A DNA stretch of 64,000 bases from an uncultured Ruminococcus sp. (GTDB taxonomy: Bacteria; Bacillota; Clostridia; Oscillospirales; Acutalibacteraceae), in NCBI GenBank assembly GCA_902785555.1, contig CACZZB010000001.1:35282-99281 (forward strand). Reading direction: 5' to 3'. Below are positions 48,310 to 55,948 of this stretch, in pieces. Position 1 is the first letter of the stretch. Each line of letters begins with the position of its first letter. The notes under the pieces are model-generated. The model made no database searches and was not told where the DNA came from. It worked only from the letters and a program-made list of their open reading frames with translations. The position numbers were made by a program, and so were the translations under genes.

Positions 48310-48440
48310 TGGAGCTTGCCTCCTTTCATAAAACAGATAATTCAAGAAACCCCTTGCAGTCATAAAGGACTGTATCACGCTGACATATACACACTCCATA
48401 TATGTCCTTGCTCGCCGAACTCTTTATTTATCTTGATTAT

Positions 48441-48468
48441 ATTATACCACATCTTTATAAAATGTCAA
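48441..48468 (-). promoter_or_regulatory. strong sigma-A promoter with extended -10
   Basis: On the minus strand: TTGACA (48468-48463), 16 nt spacer, TGgTATAAT (48449-48441). Predicted start near 48434. Confidence 0.7.
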
Positions 48469-48524
48469 TAGTTTTTTTAAACTTTTTTTAAAATATATAT
48501 ATATTTAACAAATTATTTTTCCTA

Positions 48525-48553
48525 TTGACTTATCAATGATTTTATCGTAAAAT
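48525..48553 (+). promoter_or_regulatory. sigma-A promoter for the DUF1292 gene
   Basis: TTGACT (48525-48530), 17 nt spacer, TAAAAT (48548-48553). Confidence 0.6.
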
Positions 48554-48590
48554 AAGATTGTAATTTTATTTTAAGGAGATGTTCCATACT

Positions 48591-48920
48591 ATGAGCAAAC
48601 AGGAATTTGATAACGATATGTACGAAAGCAACCTCATTTCACTCCTTGATGACGAGGGAAACGAATATGAATTTGAAATTATTGAAGAACTTGACTATCA
48701 GGACAAGCATTATTATGCTCTTATGCCCTTGTTCGATATGCCCGATGAGGAAGATGAAAATTCCGAAAACGTATATATGATTTTCGAGGATATCATTGAC
48801 GAAAACGGTGAACCTCAGCTTGCCGAAATTGACGACGAAGTTCTTCTCGATACACTTGCCGAACTGTTTGAAAACAAATTCGACGAGGCTCTTTATGATG
48901 AAGACGAAGAAGATGAATAA
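48591..48920 (+). CDS. DUF1292-family acidic small protein
   Basis: 109 aa with ...LLDDEGNEYEFEIIEELDYQDKHYYALMP... typical of DUF1292. ATG at 48591 lies 12 nt after aaggag. The track start at 48579 overlaps the RBS. Confidence 0.75.
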   Translation: MSKQEFDNDMYESNLISLLDDEGNEYEFEIIEELDYQDKHYYALMPLFDMPDEEDENSENVYMIFEDIIDENGEPQLAEIDDEVLLDTLAELFENKFDEALYDEDEEDE

Positions 48921-48945
48921 TAATTAAAAAACATTAAATTTCCTC

Positions 48946-49023
48946 TTGATTTTTCCGAAAGTTTGTTATATAATATAGTCGTACAAAAAAGTATTTACTT
49001 TTTCGGATTTATTTGTTTATAAT
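48946..49023 (+). promoter_or_regulatory. two candidate sigma-A promoters upstream of the candidate sRNA
   Basis: TTGATT (48946-48951), 17 nt, TATAAT (48969-48974). Also TTACTT (48995-49000), 17 nt, TATAAT (49018-49023). Confidence 0.5.
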
Positions 49024-49025
49024 TT

Positions 49026-49215
49026 CTGCCCAATGCGTGTTAGTGTCTATATAACCCTACAAATTTTATTCAGGGAGCTTGGCTTCGGTGGCGGACTTCA
49101 GACCTCCCACTACATGGTGGACGAAGGGAGTATGAAATCATTGAGCGAGCACCCACCTGCTTATCTCGTAGGCAGGTTATTTGTGACACGAACGGTTGGG
49201 CGGATTTTTATTTTT
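49026..49215 (+). ncRNA. candidate ~175 nt rod-shaped small RNA, class not identified
   Basis: 5' and 3' ends pair over ~27 bp in four helical segments: 49026-49034 with 49195-49203, 49036-49038 with 49192-49194, 49043-49047 with 49185-49189, and 49051-49060 with 49168-49180. AUUUUUAUUUUU follows. No plausible ORF and no downstream same-strand gene. Confidence 0.45.
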
Positions 49216-49269
49216 GTTGAAAAATCAGGAGTCAGGAGTGAAAAAGTATTTTTTCGCTCCATACAAAAA

Positions 49270-49292
49270 GCAGCCGCTAAAAAAGCGACTGC
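49270..49292. terminator. probable bidirectional terminator
   Basis: gcagccgc and gcgactgc form a stem with one mismatch, flanked by A- and T-runs. Confidence 0.45.
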
Positions 49293-49298
49293 CGTTTT

Positions 49299-49751
49299 TT
49301 ATGCAAATATAAATACGAGAATTCCCACTGTCAGACCTACTGCAATCAATCCGAGACCGACAAAGAAAAATATCTTTTTCAGCAAATTTGCCGTATTATC
49401 ACCGTCTATGTAAAAACTGTCGGTTTTATCCGGAGCATATCTTATATGCACTGTCTGTCCCACTTTATATTTCGGCGGATTTGTCCCCACAGATGACTCT
49501 TTTACAATGTTCTCTCCGCCTGATACAGTGTAGCTTATCACAGGATACCAACTTCCCGAATGACCTTTCATTCCTGCCGAATGTCTTACAAGGTCTGTTA
49601 CCGTACCCACTGTCTTTGATGTGCAGCGTTTCTCCTTATTTGCACGAACAGATGATATTATTATCGACACCATCAGAAATACTATTCCCAAAAAACACCA
49701 TATTCCCGAAAATATCGCTATAAACATCATTTTCCATTCCATATTCAACAC
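49299..49751 (-). CDS. DUF3592-like membrane protein
   Basis: 150 aa. N-terminal TM, central ..G.V......S........YP...Y.V.G......S.......Y..G..V.I.Y.P.. and a C-terminal TM. Confidence 0.6.
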   Translation of the reverse strand: MLNMEWKMMFIAIFSGIWCFLGIVFLMVSIIISSVRANKEKRCTSKTVGTVTDLVRHSAGMKGHSGSWYPVISYTVSGGENIVKESSVGTNPPKYKVGQTVHIRYAPDKTDSFYIDGDNTANLLKKIFFFVGLGLIAVGLTVGILVFIFA

Positions 49752-49904
49752 TCCTGTTATTTTTTATTATTTTATATCATATCTTAGTATAATCTGTCAA
49801 TATATATTTTTCTAATTGTTACAACATTGTAGTTGAAATATTTTATCAAAAATTGTATAATTATTTTGGTGAATTTGTATTATTTTTAATAAAGAGGTGA
49901 GTTT

Positions 49905-50414
49905 ATGAAAGAAAAAATAGACAAAAATAAGATAGTCCTTACAGTTTGTTTGGTTGCGATAATCGTCGCTGCCACATTTATCATAGTTTTATTTACCCTT
50001 TCAGCACAAAATACCGAAAAAAATTCCAAAAATTATCTGACCACAAATACCATTATCTCAAGGGTCATCAAAAAGATGAACTACGAAAATCTATCCAAGA
50101 TATCAGATGAAAACATTTCAAAATATTACAATATCCCCGACGGAGTTGTGACAGATTCCGCAATGTACATATCAAATCGTGCAGATATCGGCATGGAACT
50201 CGCTTGTTTCAGGCTAAGCAGTGAAAACAGCGAAAAAATCCTTATGGATTCCGTTTCCCAATACTTATCATCAAAGGACACCGAAAACAAAGAAGGGAGC
50301 GGTCAGCTTGCCAACATAAAGATGGATACCGTCTACCCGTATGTATTCGTCGCAATAGCTTCCGACAGCGAATCCGCATCAAGTGCATTCAAAGAAATAA
50401 TCAACAGTCAATAA
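49905..50414 (+). CDS. DUF4358-like secreted/anchored protein
   Basis: 169 aa. N-terminal TM anchor, then a pattern resembling DUF4358 (..ISKYYNIP....DSAMYIS......ELACFRL....). Low certainty. Confidence 0.5.
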   Translation: MKEKIDKNKIVLTVCLVAIIVAATFIIVLFTLSAQNTEKNSKNYLTTNTIISRVIKKMNYENLSKISDENISKYYNIPDGVVTDSAMYISNRADIGMELACFRLSSENSEKILMDSVSQYLSSKDTENKEGSGQLANIKMDTVYPYVFVAIASDSESASSAFKEIINSQ

Positions 50415-50418
50415 AAAA

Positions 50419-50448
50419 ACGACTTACAGATGAATGTCTGTAAGTCGT
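50419..50448. terminator. bidirectional intrinsic terminator
   Basis: acgacttacaga pairs with tctgtaagtcgt, flanked by an A-run and a T-run. Confidence 0.8.
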
Positions 50449-50498
50449 TTTTTATCGGCAGGAGTAAAAGCAATTTTTCACTCCTTAATTCTCATTTC

Positions 50499-52010
50499 TC
50501 ACTTGATAAGGCTTTTGCCGTCCATTTCTTCGGGCTGTGAAAGTCCCAAAAGCTGGAGCATTGTCGGTGCTATATCGGCAAGTCTTCCGCCGTCACGGAG
50601 TATACAAGGATGATTCACTACACAGAACGGTACAAGATTCGTTGTATGAGCTGTGAACGGTGAACCGTCCTCGGCTATCATCTTATCAGCGTTGCCATGG
50701 TCAGCCGTGATAAGTGCCACACCGTCCATTTTCTCGACAGCATTGACTACCTGTCCGACACAGTCATCAACAGCCTCGACAGCCTTGACTGCTGCTTCAA
50801 ATACACCTGTATGTCCTACCATGTCGCAGTTTGCAAAGTTGAGGATAACTACATCATATTTTCCGCTTTCTATTCTCTCGACAGCGTTCTTTGCAACTTC
50901 ATAAGCACTCATCTCAGGCTGCAAGTCATATGTCGCAACTTTCGGTGACGGGATAAGGCATCTGTCCTCACCCTCCGAAACCTTCTCGACACCACCGTTG
51001 AAGAAGAATGTTACATGAGCATATTTTTCAGTTTCGGCAATCCTGAGCTGTGTCATGCCCTTTGAAGATATATAGTCACCGAACATATTTACAAGTGACT
51101 GCGGCTTGAATGCTATCTCAACATTCGGCATAGTAGCATCATACTGTGTCATGCAGACATAGTTCAGCGGGAAAAATCCCTTTCTTCTCTCGAACTTATC
51201 AAAGCTTTCATCAACAAGAGTTCTTGTTATCTCTCTTGCCCTGTCGGGTCTGAAATTGCAGAATATAACACTGTCACCTGCATTTATCGTTGCATTTTCC
51301 TCGCATACGAAAGGAATTACAAATTCATCCGTAACACCATTTGCATAGGAATTTGCTATACCCTCAACAGGGTCATTTTCTTTGACTCCTTCGCCGTATA
51401 CAAGAGCCGCATACGCCTTTTCAACTCTGTCCCAGTTGTTATCCCTGTCCATAGCGTAATAACGTCCCGATACAGTGGCAATTTTGCCTACGCCTATTTC
51501 TTCAAGTTTAGCTTTACATTCCGCTACATAATCCTTTGCACTTGACGGGGGTACATCTCTGCCGTCAAGGAATGCGTGAAGCCATACTTTCTCTACACCC
51601 ATTTTTTTAGCCATTTTAACAATGCCGTATATATGAGTTATATGACTGTGAACACCGCCCGGTGACATCAAGCCCATCAGATGCAGAGCCTTTCCCTCAC
51701 CCTTTGCGTTTTCCATAGCCTTTACAAGAACTTCATTTTTGAGAACGCTTCCGTCTTTGATAGCCTTTGTGATTCTCGTAAGCTCCTGATAAACTACACG
51801 TCCTGCACCCATATTCGTATGACCGACTTCGCTGTTGCCCATCTGACCGTCAGGCAAGCCTACATCCATTCCTGATGCAGCTATGAGAGTTGTCGGGTTA
51901 GTCGAGAATATACGTTCCATATTCGGTTTATTTGCCGTTCTGATGGCATTGCCGAAATTCGTTCCTATTCCAAAGCCGTCAAGTATCATCAATACTACAG
52001 GTTTTTTCAT
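50499..52010 (-). CDS. gpmI: 2,3-bisphosphoglycerate-independent phosphoglycerate mutase
   Basis: 503 aa with MILDG.G.., ..MGNSEVGH.N.GAGR.. and C-terminal ..ADHGNA.. Confidence 0.93.
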   Translation of the reverse strand: MKKPVVLMILDGFGIGTNFGNAIRTANKPNMERIFSTNPTTLIAASGMDVGLPDGQMGNSEVGHTNMGAGRVVYQELTRITKAIKDGSVLKNEVLVKAMENAKGEGKALHLMGLMSPGGVHSHITHIYGIVKMAKKMGVEKVWLHAFLDGRDVPPSSAKDYVAECKAKLEEIGVGKIATVSGRYYAMDRDNNWDRVEKAYAALVYGEGVKENDPVEGIANSYANGVTDEFVIPFVCEENATINAGDSVIFCNFRPDRAREITRTLVDESFDKFERRKGFFPLNYVCMTQYDATMPNVEIAFKPQSLVNMFGDYISSKGMTQLRIAETEKYAHVTFFFNGGVEKVSEGEDRCLIPSPKVATYDLQPEMSAYEVAKNAVERIESGKYDVVILNFANCDMVGHTGVFEAAVKAVEAVDDCVGQVVNAVEKMDGVALITADHGNADKMIAEDGSPFTAHTTNLVPFCVVNHPCILRDGGRLADIAPTMLQLLGLSQPEEMDGKSLIK

Positions 52011-52047
52011 CTTTTAGCCACCTTAAAATAATTTTTTTATTTTCCGA

Positions 52048-52815
52048 TTATTTGCTTGCTGCTGCGATAAGTACACCGAACTGTTCAGCCTTCAGTGAAG
52101 CACCGCCTATAAGTCCGCCGTCAACATCGGGCTGTGCAAGGAGTTCCTCACAGTTTGCGGGATTCATTGAACCACCGTACTGAATTGTAACAGCATCTGC
52201 AACTTCCTGTGAATAGAGTTTTGCAAGTGTATCACGGATAAGCTTGCAAACTTCCTCAGCCTGCTCGGATGTAGCAACCTTTCCTGTACCGATAGCCCAT
52301 ACAGGCTCATAAGCAATAACTGTCTTTTTAACGTCTTCTGCACTTACATCAAACAAATCAAGTTTAATCTGTCTTGCAACAACTTCTTCTGTGATACCGC
52401 ACTCACGCTCCCAAAGAAGCTCGCCTACGCATACGATAGGCTTCAAGCCTGCTGCAAGAGCTGCTTTTGTTCTCTTGTTAACAGTTTCGTCTGTTTCACC
52501 GAAATACTGTCTTCTTTCACTGTGACCGATTATAACATATTCTACACCGAGTTCCGTGAGCATATCGGCAGAAATCTCGCCTGTGAAAGCACCGCTCTTT
52601 TCAAAGTGTACATTCTCTGCACCTACTTTGATATTTGTACCCTCTGTCATTGCCATAGCTGTTTCAAGATTAGTGAAAGGAACGCATATTACAACTTCAC
52701 AATCAGCGTTTTCAGCCAACGGCTTGATTCCCTCGATAAGAGCCTTTGCTTCGGGGCGGGTCTTGTTCATTTTCCAGTTACCTGCAATTATTGTCTTTCT
52801 TAAAGCCTTGTTCAT
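52048..52815 (-). CDS. tpiA: triose-phosphate isomerase
   Basis: ..IIAGNWKMN.. N-terminus, ..GHSERR.. and ..YEPVWAIGTG... The internal ATG at 52815 has RBS gggaga. The 31-codon upstream extension in the track reads through the repeat element. Confidence 0.92.
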   Translation of the reverse strand: MNKALRKTIIAGNWKMNKTRPEAKALIEGIKPLAENADCEVVICVPFTNLETAMAMTEGTNIKVGAENVHFEKSGAFTGEISADMLTELGVEYVIIGHSERRQYFGETDETVNKRTKAALAAGLKPIVCVGELLWERECGITEEVVARQIKLDLFDVSAEDVKKTVIAYEPVWAIGTGKVATSEQAEEVCKLIRDTLAKLYSQEVADAVTIQYGGSMNPANCEELLAQPDVDGGLIGGASLKAEQFGVLIAAASK

Positions 52816-52891
52816 TTTAATTATCTCCCTTGTGTTAATATTTTTCATCAAACAATGGGACAAGACATACCGCCCTGCCCCATCGCCAATA

Positions 52892-53035
52892 CAATTAGCA
52901 ATGTGCAATTAGCAATGAGCAATTATTTTTGCCGCCGCTAACAAGCACAAAATACCAATTTAAATTACAATCCTGTTTTTATCAACAACCTGCAGAAAGC
53001 AATTCATTGTTAATTGCTAACTGCTAATTGCTAAT
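52892..53035 (-). repeat. heptad-built inverted-repeat element, family B (pgk-tpiA spacer, starts at the pgk stop codon)
   Basis: Left arm caattag/caatgtg/caattag/caatgag/caatt (52892-52924). Right arm aattgct/aactgct/aattgct/aatt (53012-53035). The arms are imperfect reverse complements. Confidence 0.7.
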
Positions 53036-54229
53036 TTATTTATCGTTGAGGCAAGCAATACCGGGAAGGATTTTGCCCTCGAGGAATTCGAGTGATGCAC
53101 CGCCGCCTGTTGAGATATGTGTCATTCTGTCTGCATAGCCGAGTTTTTCAACTGCTGCTGCGGAATCTCCTCCGCCGATTATTGATATAGCATTGCTTTC
53201 TGCAACTGCTCTTGCAACAGCTATTGTACCCTGTGCAAAGTTCTCCCACTCTGAAACGCCCATAGGACCATTCCATACAACTGTGCCTGCACCGTCAAGA
53301 GCCTTTGCAAACTTTTCTCTTGTCTTGGGACCGATATCAAGACCCATCCAGTCGTCCGGAATCTTGTCTGAATCTACAATCTTGTGTTCAGCGTCTGCTT
53401 TATATTCGGTTGCAACAACGGTATCTTCGGGGATAAGGAATGTTACGCCCTTTTCCTTAGCCTTTGCCATGATATCCTTTGCAAGTTCAACTTTATCAGG
53501 CTCACAGATAGATGTACCTATCGAATAGCCGAGAGCATTCATGAATGTATAAGCCATGCCGCCGCCGATAATAAGTGTATCAACTTTATCAAGAAGATTT
53601 GTGATAACGCCTATTTTATCGGATACCTTTGCACCGCCGAGAATAGCTACGAAAGGTCTTTTCGGTTCTGTCAAAGCTCCGCCCATTACGGAAATTTCTT
53701 TCTGGATGAGGTAGCCGCATACTGCCGGAAGATAATCAGCAACACCTGCTGTTGAAGCGTGTGCTCTGTGAGCTGTTCCGAATGCGTCATTTACATATAT
53801 CTCTGCAAGTGAAGCAAGCTGCTTTGAGAATTCAGGGTCATTCTTTTCTTCTTCTTTATGGAAACGAACATTCTCGATAAGTTCAACTTCACCGTCTTTG
53901 AGAGTTTCGGCAATGCTCTTTGCACTTTCGCCTACAACGTCTTTTGCCATTTTAACTTCAAAGCCCAAAGCCTTTGAAAGATAAGCTGCAACAGGTGCAA
54001 GTGAATATTTCATGTTGAATTCGCCCTTCGGACGACCAAGGTGTGAGCAGAGTATTACTTTTGCATTGTGGTCAACGAGATATTTTATAGTCTTCATAGC
54101 CTCGTCAATACGCTTGGGATCGGAGATATTGCCCTCTCCGTCAAATGGTACATTGAAGTCGCAGCGTACAAGAACTTTCTTGCCTGCTACATCAATATCT
54201 TCAACAGTTTTCTTGTTAAGATAGTTCAT
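53036..54229 (-). CDS. pgk: phosphoglycerate kinase
   Basis: 397 aa with ..RCDFNVP.., ..SHLGRP.G.. and ..GGG.S.. Confidence 0.93.
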   Translation of the reverse strand: MNYLNKKTVEDIDVAGKKVLVRCDFNVPFDGEGNISDPKRIDEAMKTIKYLVDHNAKVILCSHLGRPKGEFNMKYSLAPVAAYLSKALGFEVKMAKDVVGESAKSIAETLKDGEVELIENVRFHKEEEKNDPEFSKQLASLAEIYVNDAFGTAHRAHASTAGVADYLPAVCGYLIQKEISVMGGALTEPKRPFVAILGGAKVSDKIGVITNLLDKVDTLIIGGGMAYTFMNALGYSIGTSICEPDKVELAKDIMAKAKEKGVTFLIPEDTVVATEYKADAEHKIVDSDKIPDDWMGLDIGPKTREKFAKALDGAGTVVWNGPMGVSEWENFAQGTIAVARAVAESNAISIIGGGDSAAAVEKLGYADRMTHISTGGGASLEFLEGKILPGIACLNDK

Positions 54230-54339
54230 TGAAATAACATCCTTTCGATTAAAAATAAATTATCCTTATCTATTTTATAACATTTCGCATATTTTTTCAA
54301 TAGGAAAACATAAATTTTACAAATATTCATACAAATTTT

Positions 54340-55149
54340 TCATTTTCCGAATTCGGGATATAATTTTATAGTTTCCTCTATTGTACCGTCAAATATGACC
54401 CTGCCTTTTTCGAGATATATACATCTGTCACAGAAATCCTGTATATCCTTGCTGTGACTGACATATATTACTGTTATATCCTGTTTTATAAGCTCGGATA
54501 TCTTTTCCTTGCACTTTTTCTTGAAAGCTGCATCTCCGACACTCAACGCTTCATCTATTACAAGTATATCGGGATTTGTATTTATATTTATCGCAAAGCC
54601 GAGCCTTACACGCATACCCGAAGAATATGTCCTTACGGGCTGGTCTATGTATTCTCCGAGGTCTGCAAATTCTATCGCCTTTTCTTCAATTTCCTTTATC
54701 TCGTCACTTTTCAGTCCAAGAACATAGCACTTGAAATGTATATTTTCACGTCCTGTCATATCGGGGACAAATCCCGCTGTCAGTTCAAGAAGTGCCGATA
54801 CCCTGCCCTTTACATAGACTGTTCCCGTTGTCGGGAATGCAACTCCCGTCACCATTTTCAGAACAGTCGATTTGCCTGCACCGTTCCTTCCGATTATAGC
54901 GACCGATTCACCTTTTTTTATCCTGAAGCTGACATTCTCCAATGCCTTATGTCTTTTGAACTTCTTGGAATTATAGAAAAGTGCCGCAAACTGTTCACGG
55001 CTGTTTTTATACAGTGTATATATCTTGGTGACTTTATCAAAAACTATTATATCCTCTCTCTGTTCCATTTCGCTCACTTTATCCTCTCCCCATATCGTTG
55101 ATAAATACATTCTAAACTTTTTGCCGTCATTTGTCAACTTTTCACTCAA
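54340..55149 (-). CDS. ABC transporter ATP-binding protein, TagH/polysaccharide-export type
   Basis: Walker A GRNGAGKST, signature YSSGMRVRL, Walker B ILVIDEAL. The N-terminal region ..Y.....R......F........ALENVSF.I.KGE is typical of TagH/Wzt-type ATPases. Confidence 0.8.
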   Translation of the reverse strand: MSEKLTNDGKKFRMYLSTIWGEDKVSEMEQREDIIVFDKVTKIYTLYKNSREQFAALFYNSKKFKRHKALENVSFRIKKGESVAIIGRNGAGKSTVLKMVTGVAFPTTGTVYVKGRVSALLELTAGFVPDMTGRENIHFKCYVLGLKSDEIKEIEEKAIEFADLGEYIDQPVRTYSSGMRVRLGFAININTNPDILVIDEALSVGDAAFKKKCKEKISELIKQDITVIYVSHSKDIQDFCDRCIYLEKGRVIFDGTIEETIKLYPEFGK

Positions 55150-55664
55150 ATAAAGTATTTTTCCCTTATATCCTCACCGCTCAGAAGCATTACCGCACTT
55201 GCCGCAAGAAGTGAATATATATCCGTTTCATCCGAAACTATCTCAAATTCACACGGTTCTATATCTTTGCCGTTAAATTCCACCGTCCTTTGCAGACTCA
55301 CTATTTTCTGAGGATAAATACCCGATATATTCATGCTTGCCCTGACATTCAGCGAACACGTTATCACATTTTTACAGCCCTGATATTTGAGTATCTCCAA
55401 TGCTTTCATATTCTCGGAATTTACTATCACCGTAATATCATCTTCATCAAAAGCTGTATTCTTCACATCATCGCCCAATATAACTATACAGCTGCATGAA
55501 ATTCTTTCAACATCCGTTACCACACAGAATTTCGGCTCACTTTCCGTTTCATAGACTCTTTTCCCGTCAATGACAAATGCTCCCCCATTTCTCGCACACG
55601 CTTTTATCACAGTTTCCGTCAGTATTCTCTCCCCAACATCACCCGATATTATCACATTCTGCAT
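55146..55664 (-). CDS. hypothetical protein, translationally coupled to the ABC ATPase
   Basis: 172 aa from the ATG at 55664 (RBS gggaga 9 nt upstream). Stop overlaps the next start (ATGA). No motif recognised. Confidence 0.5.
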   Translation of the reverse strand: MQNVIISGDVGERILTETVIKACARNGGAFVIDGKRVYETESEPKFCVVTDVERISCSCIVILGDDVKNTAFDEDDITVIVNSENMKALEILKYQGCKNVITCSLNVRASMNISGIYPQKIVSLQRTVEFNGKDIEPCEFEIVSDETDIYSLLAASAVMLLSGEDIREKYFI

Positions 55665-55726
55665 AAACGACCATCTCCCATTCATTATGAATAATTGACG
55701 ATTTTACCAAACTTATTCAATACCAC

Positions 55727-55755
55727 TTGACAAATCATACCAAAAGAGTTATCAT
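55727..55755 (+). promoter_or_regulatory. sigma-A promoter of the rtcB leader
   Basis: TTGACA (55727-55732), 17 nt spacer, TATCAT (55750-55755). Confidence 0.6.
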
Positions 55756-55787
55756 ACAGTCATAATTTCAGAAAGAAGGTGAATTTT

Positions 55788-55874
55788 ATGCCGAAACTTA
55801 TAAAAATATATCTTACAACTCAATACTTATCTCACAAGCAGACACATAAAATTTGCCTGTACGGAAAACGTTGA
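55788..55874 (+). CDS. possible 28-aa leader/small peptide MPKLIKIYLTTQYLSHKQTHKICLYGKR
   Basis: ATG lies 6 nt after gaaggtg. The stop lies 6 nt before the first leader terminator. Below the ORF-track size threshold. Confidence 0.3.
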   Translation: MPKLIKIYLTTQYLSHKQTHKICLYGKR

Positions 55875-55880
55875 TAGGTG

Positions 55881-55913
55881 AGCCTTATTCCGTGTAATTG
55901 GAATGGGCTTTTT
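55881..55913 (+). terminator. intrinsic terminator 1 in the rtcB leader
   Basis: agccttattcc pairs with ggaatgggct (one bulge, one G-U), followed by ttttt. Confidence 0.6.
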
Positions 55914-55948
55914 CAGGAAAATATTTTTCGGATAAAGTGCATTTTATA

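Larger units (their letters stand above)
47582..48434 (-). ncRNA. candidate large (~850 nt) structured noncoding RNA, class not identified
   Basis: Bracketed by a near-consensus extended -10 promoter (48441-48468) and a minus-strand-specific terminator (47590-47626). All three minus-strand frames are interrupted by stops. The minus strand is visibly G+U-rich and much less AT-rich than other spacers. Several local hairpins fold by hand (48383-48405, 48184-48202, 47957-47974, 47811-47828, 47780-47797). GUUCGG recurs 4 times. Confidence 0.5.

Noticed and set aside
47582-48434. Possibility that the long unit is a group II intron, RNase P RNA, tmRNA, SRP RNA or rRNA fragment
   Set aside because: I could not find a domain V-like AGC/GNRA hairpin near the 3' end, although one GUGCG occurs. 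The GAGGAAAGUCC-type RNase P core, a tRNA-like GGUUCGA..CCA end, and the SRP GGAA/AGCA domain IV motif are also absent. This rejection is by eye only, and cmsearch should confirm it.
48208-48471. 87-aa plus-strand ORF across the 5' part of the long unit and its promoter
   Set aside because: It is antisense to the promoter/terminator-defined unit. It has no RBS, and its product is a Pro/Ser/Leu-rich string without any motif.
49088-49110. tRNA-Sec-like anticodon loop (CUUCAGA, anticodon UCA) in the candidate sRNA
   Set aside because: The flanking stem has a central C-U or C-C mismatch and the loop size does not fit. No D-arm, T-arm (GGUUCGA) or acceptor stem can be drawn.
49141-49175. Resemblance of gagcacccaccugcuuaucucguaggc to the 3' conserved block of the ydaO/c-di-AMP riboswitch
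   Set aside because: The other conserved ydaO blocks (GGGGACCCA, GGGGUGAAUC as I recall them) are absent. There is also no downstream same-strand gene to regulate.
49233-49304. 23-codon GTG ORF (VKKYFFAPYKKQPLKKRLPFFMQI) after the candidate sRNA
   Set aside because: The RBS is plausible, but the ORF runs through the bidirectional terminator hairpin and into the convergent gene's 3' end. There is no other support.
49033-49413. 126-aa plus-strand ORF covering the candidate sRNA
   Set aside because: It has no RBS, reads through a hairpin-rich region and a terminator, and overlaps the convergent DUF3592 gene. The product has no motif.
52816-52908. 31-codon N-terminal extension of tpiA in the ORF track
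   Set aside because: The extension is a read-through of the family B repeat element. The internal ATG at 52815 has a good RBS and gives a normal-length TIM starting ..KTIIAGNWKMN.
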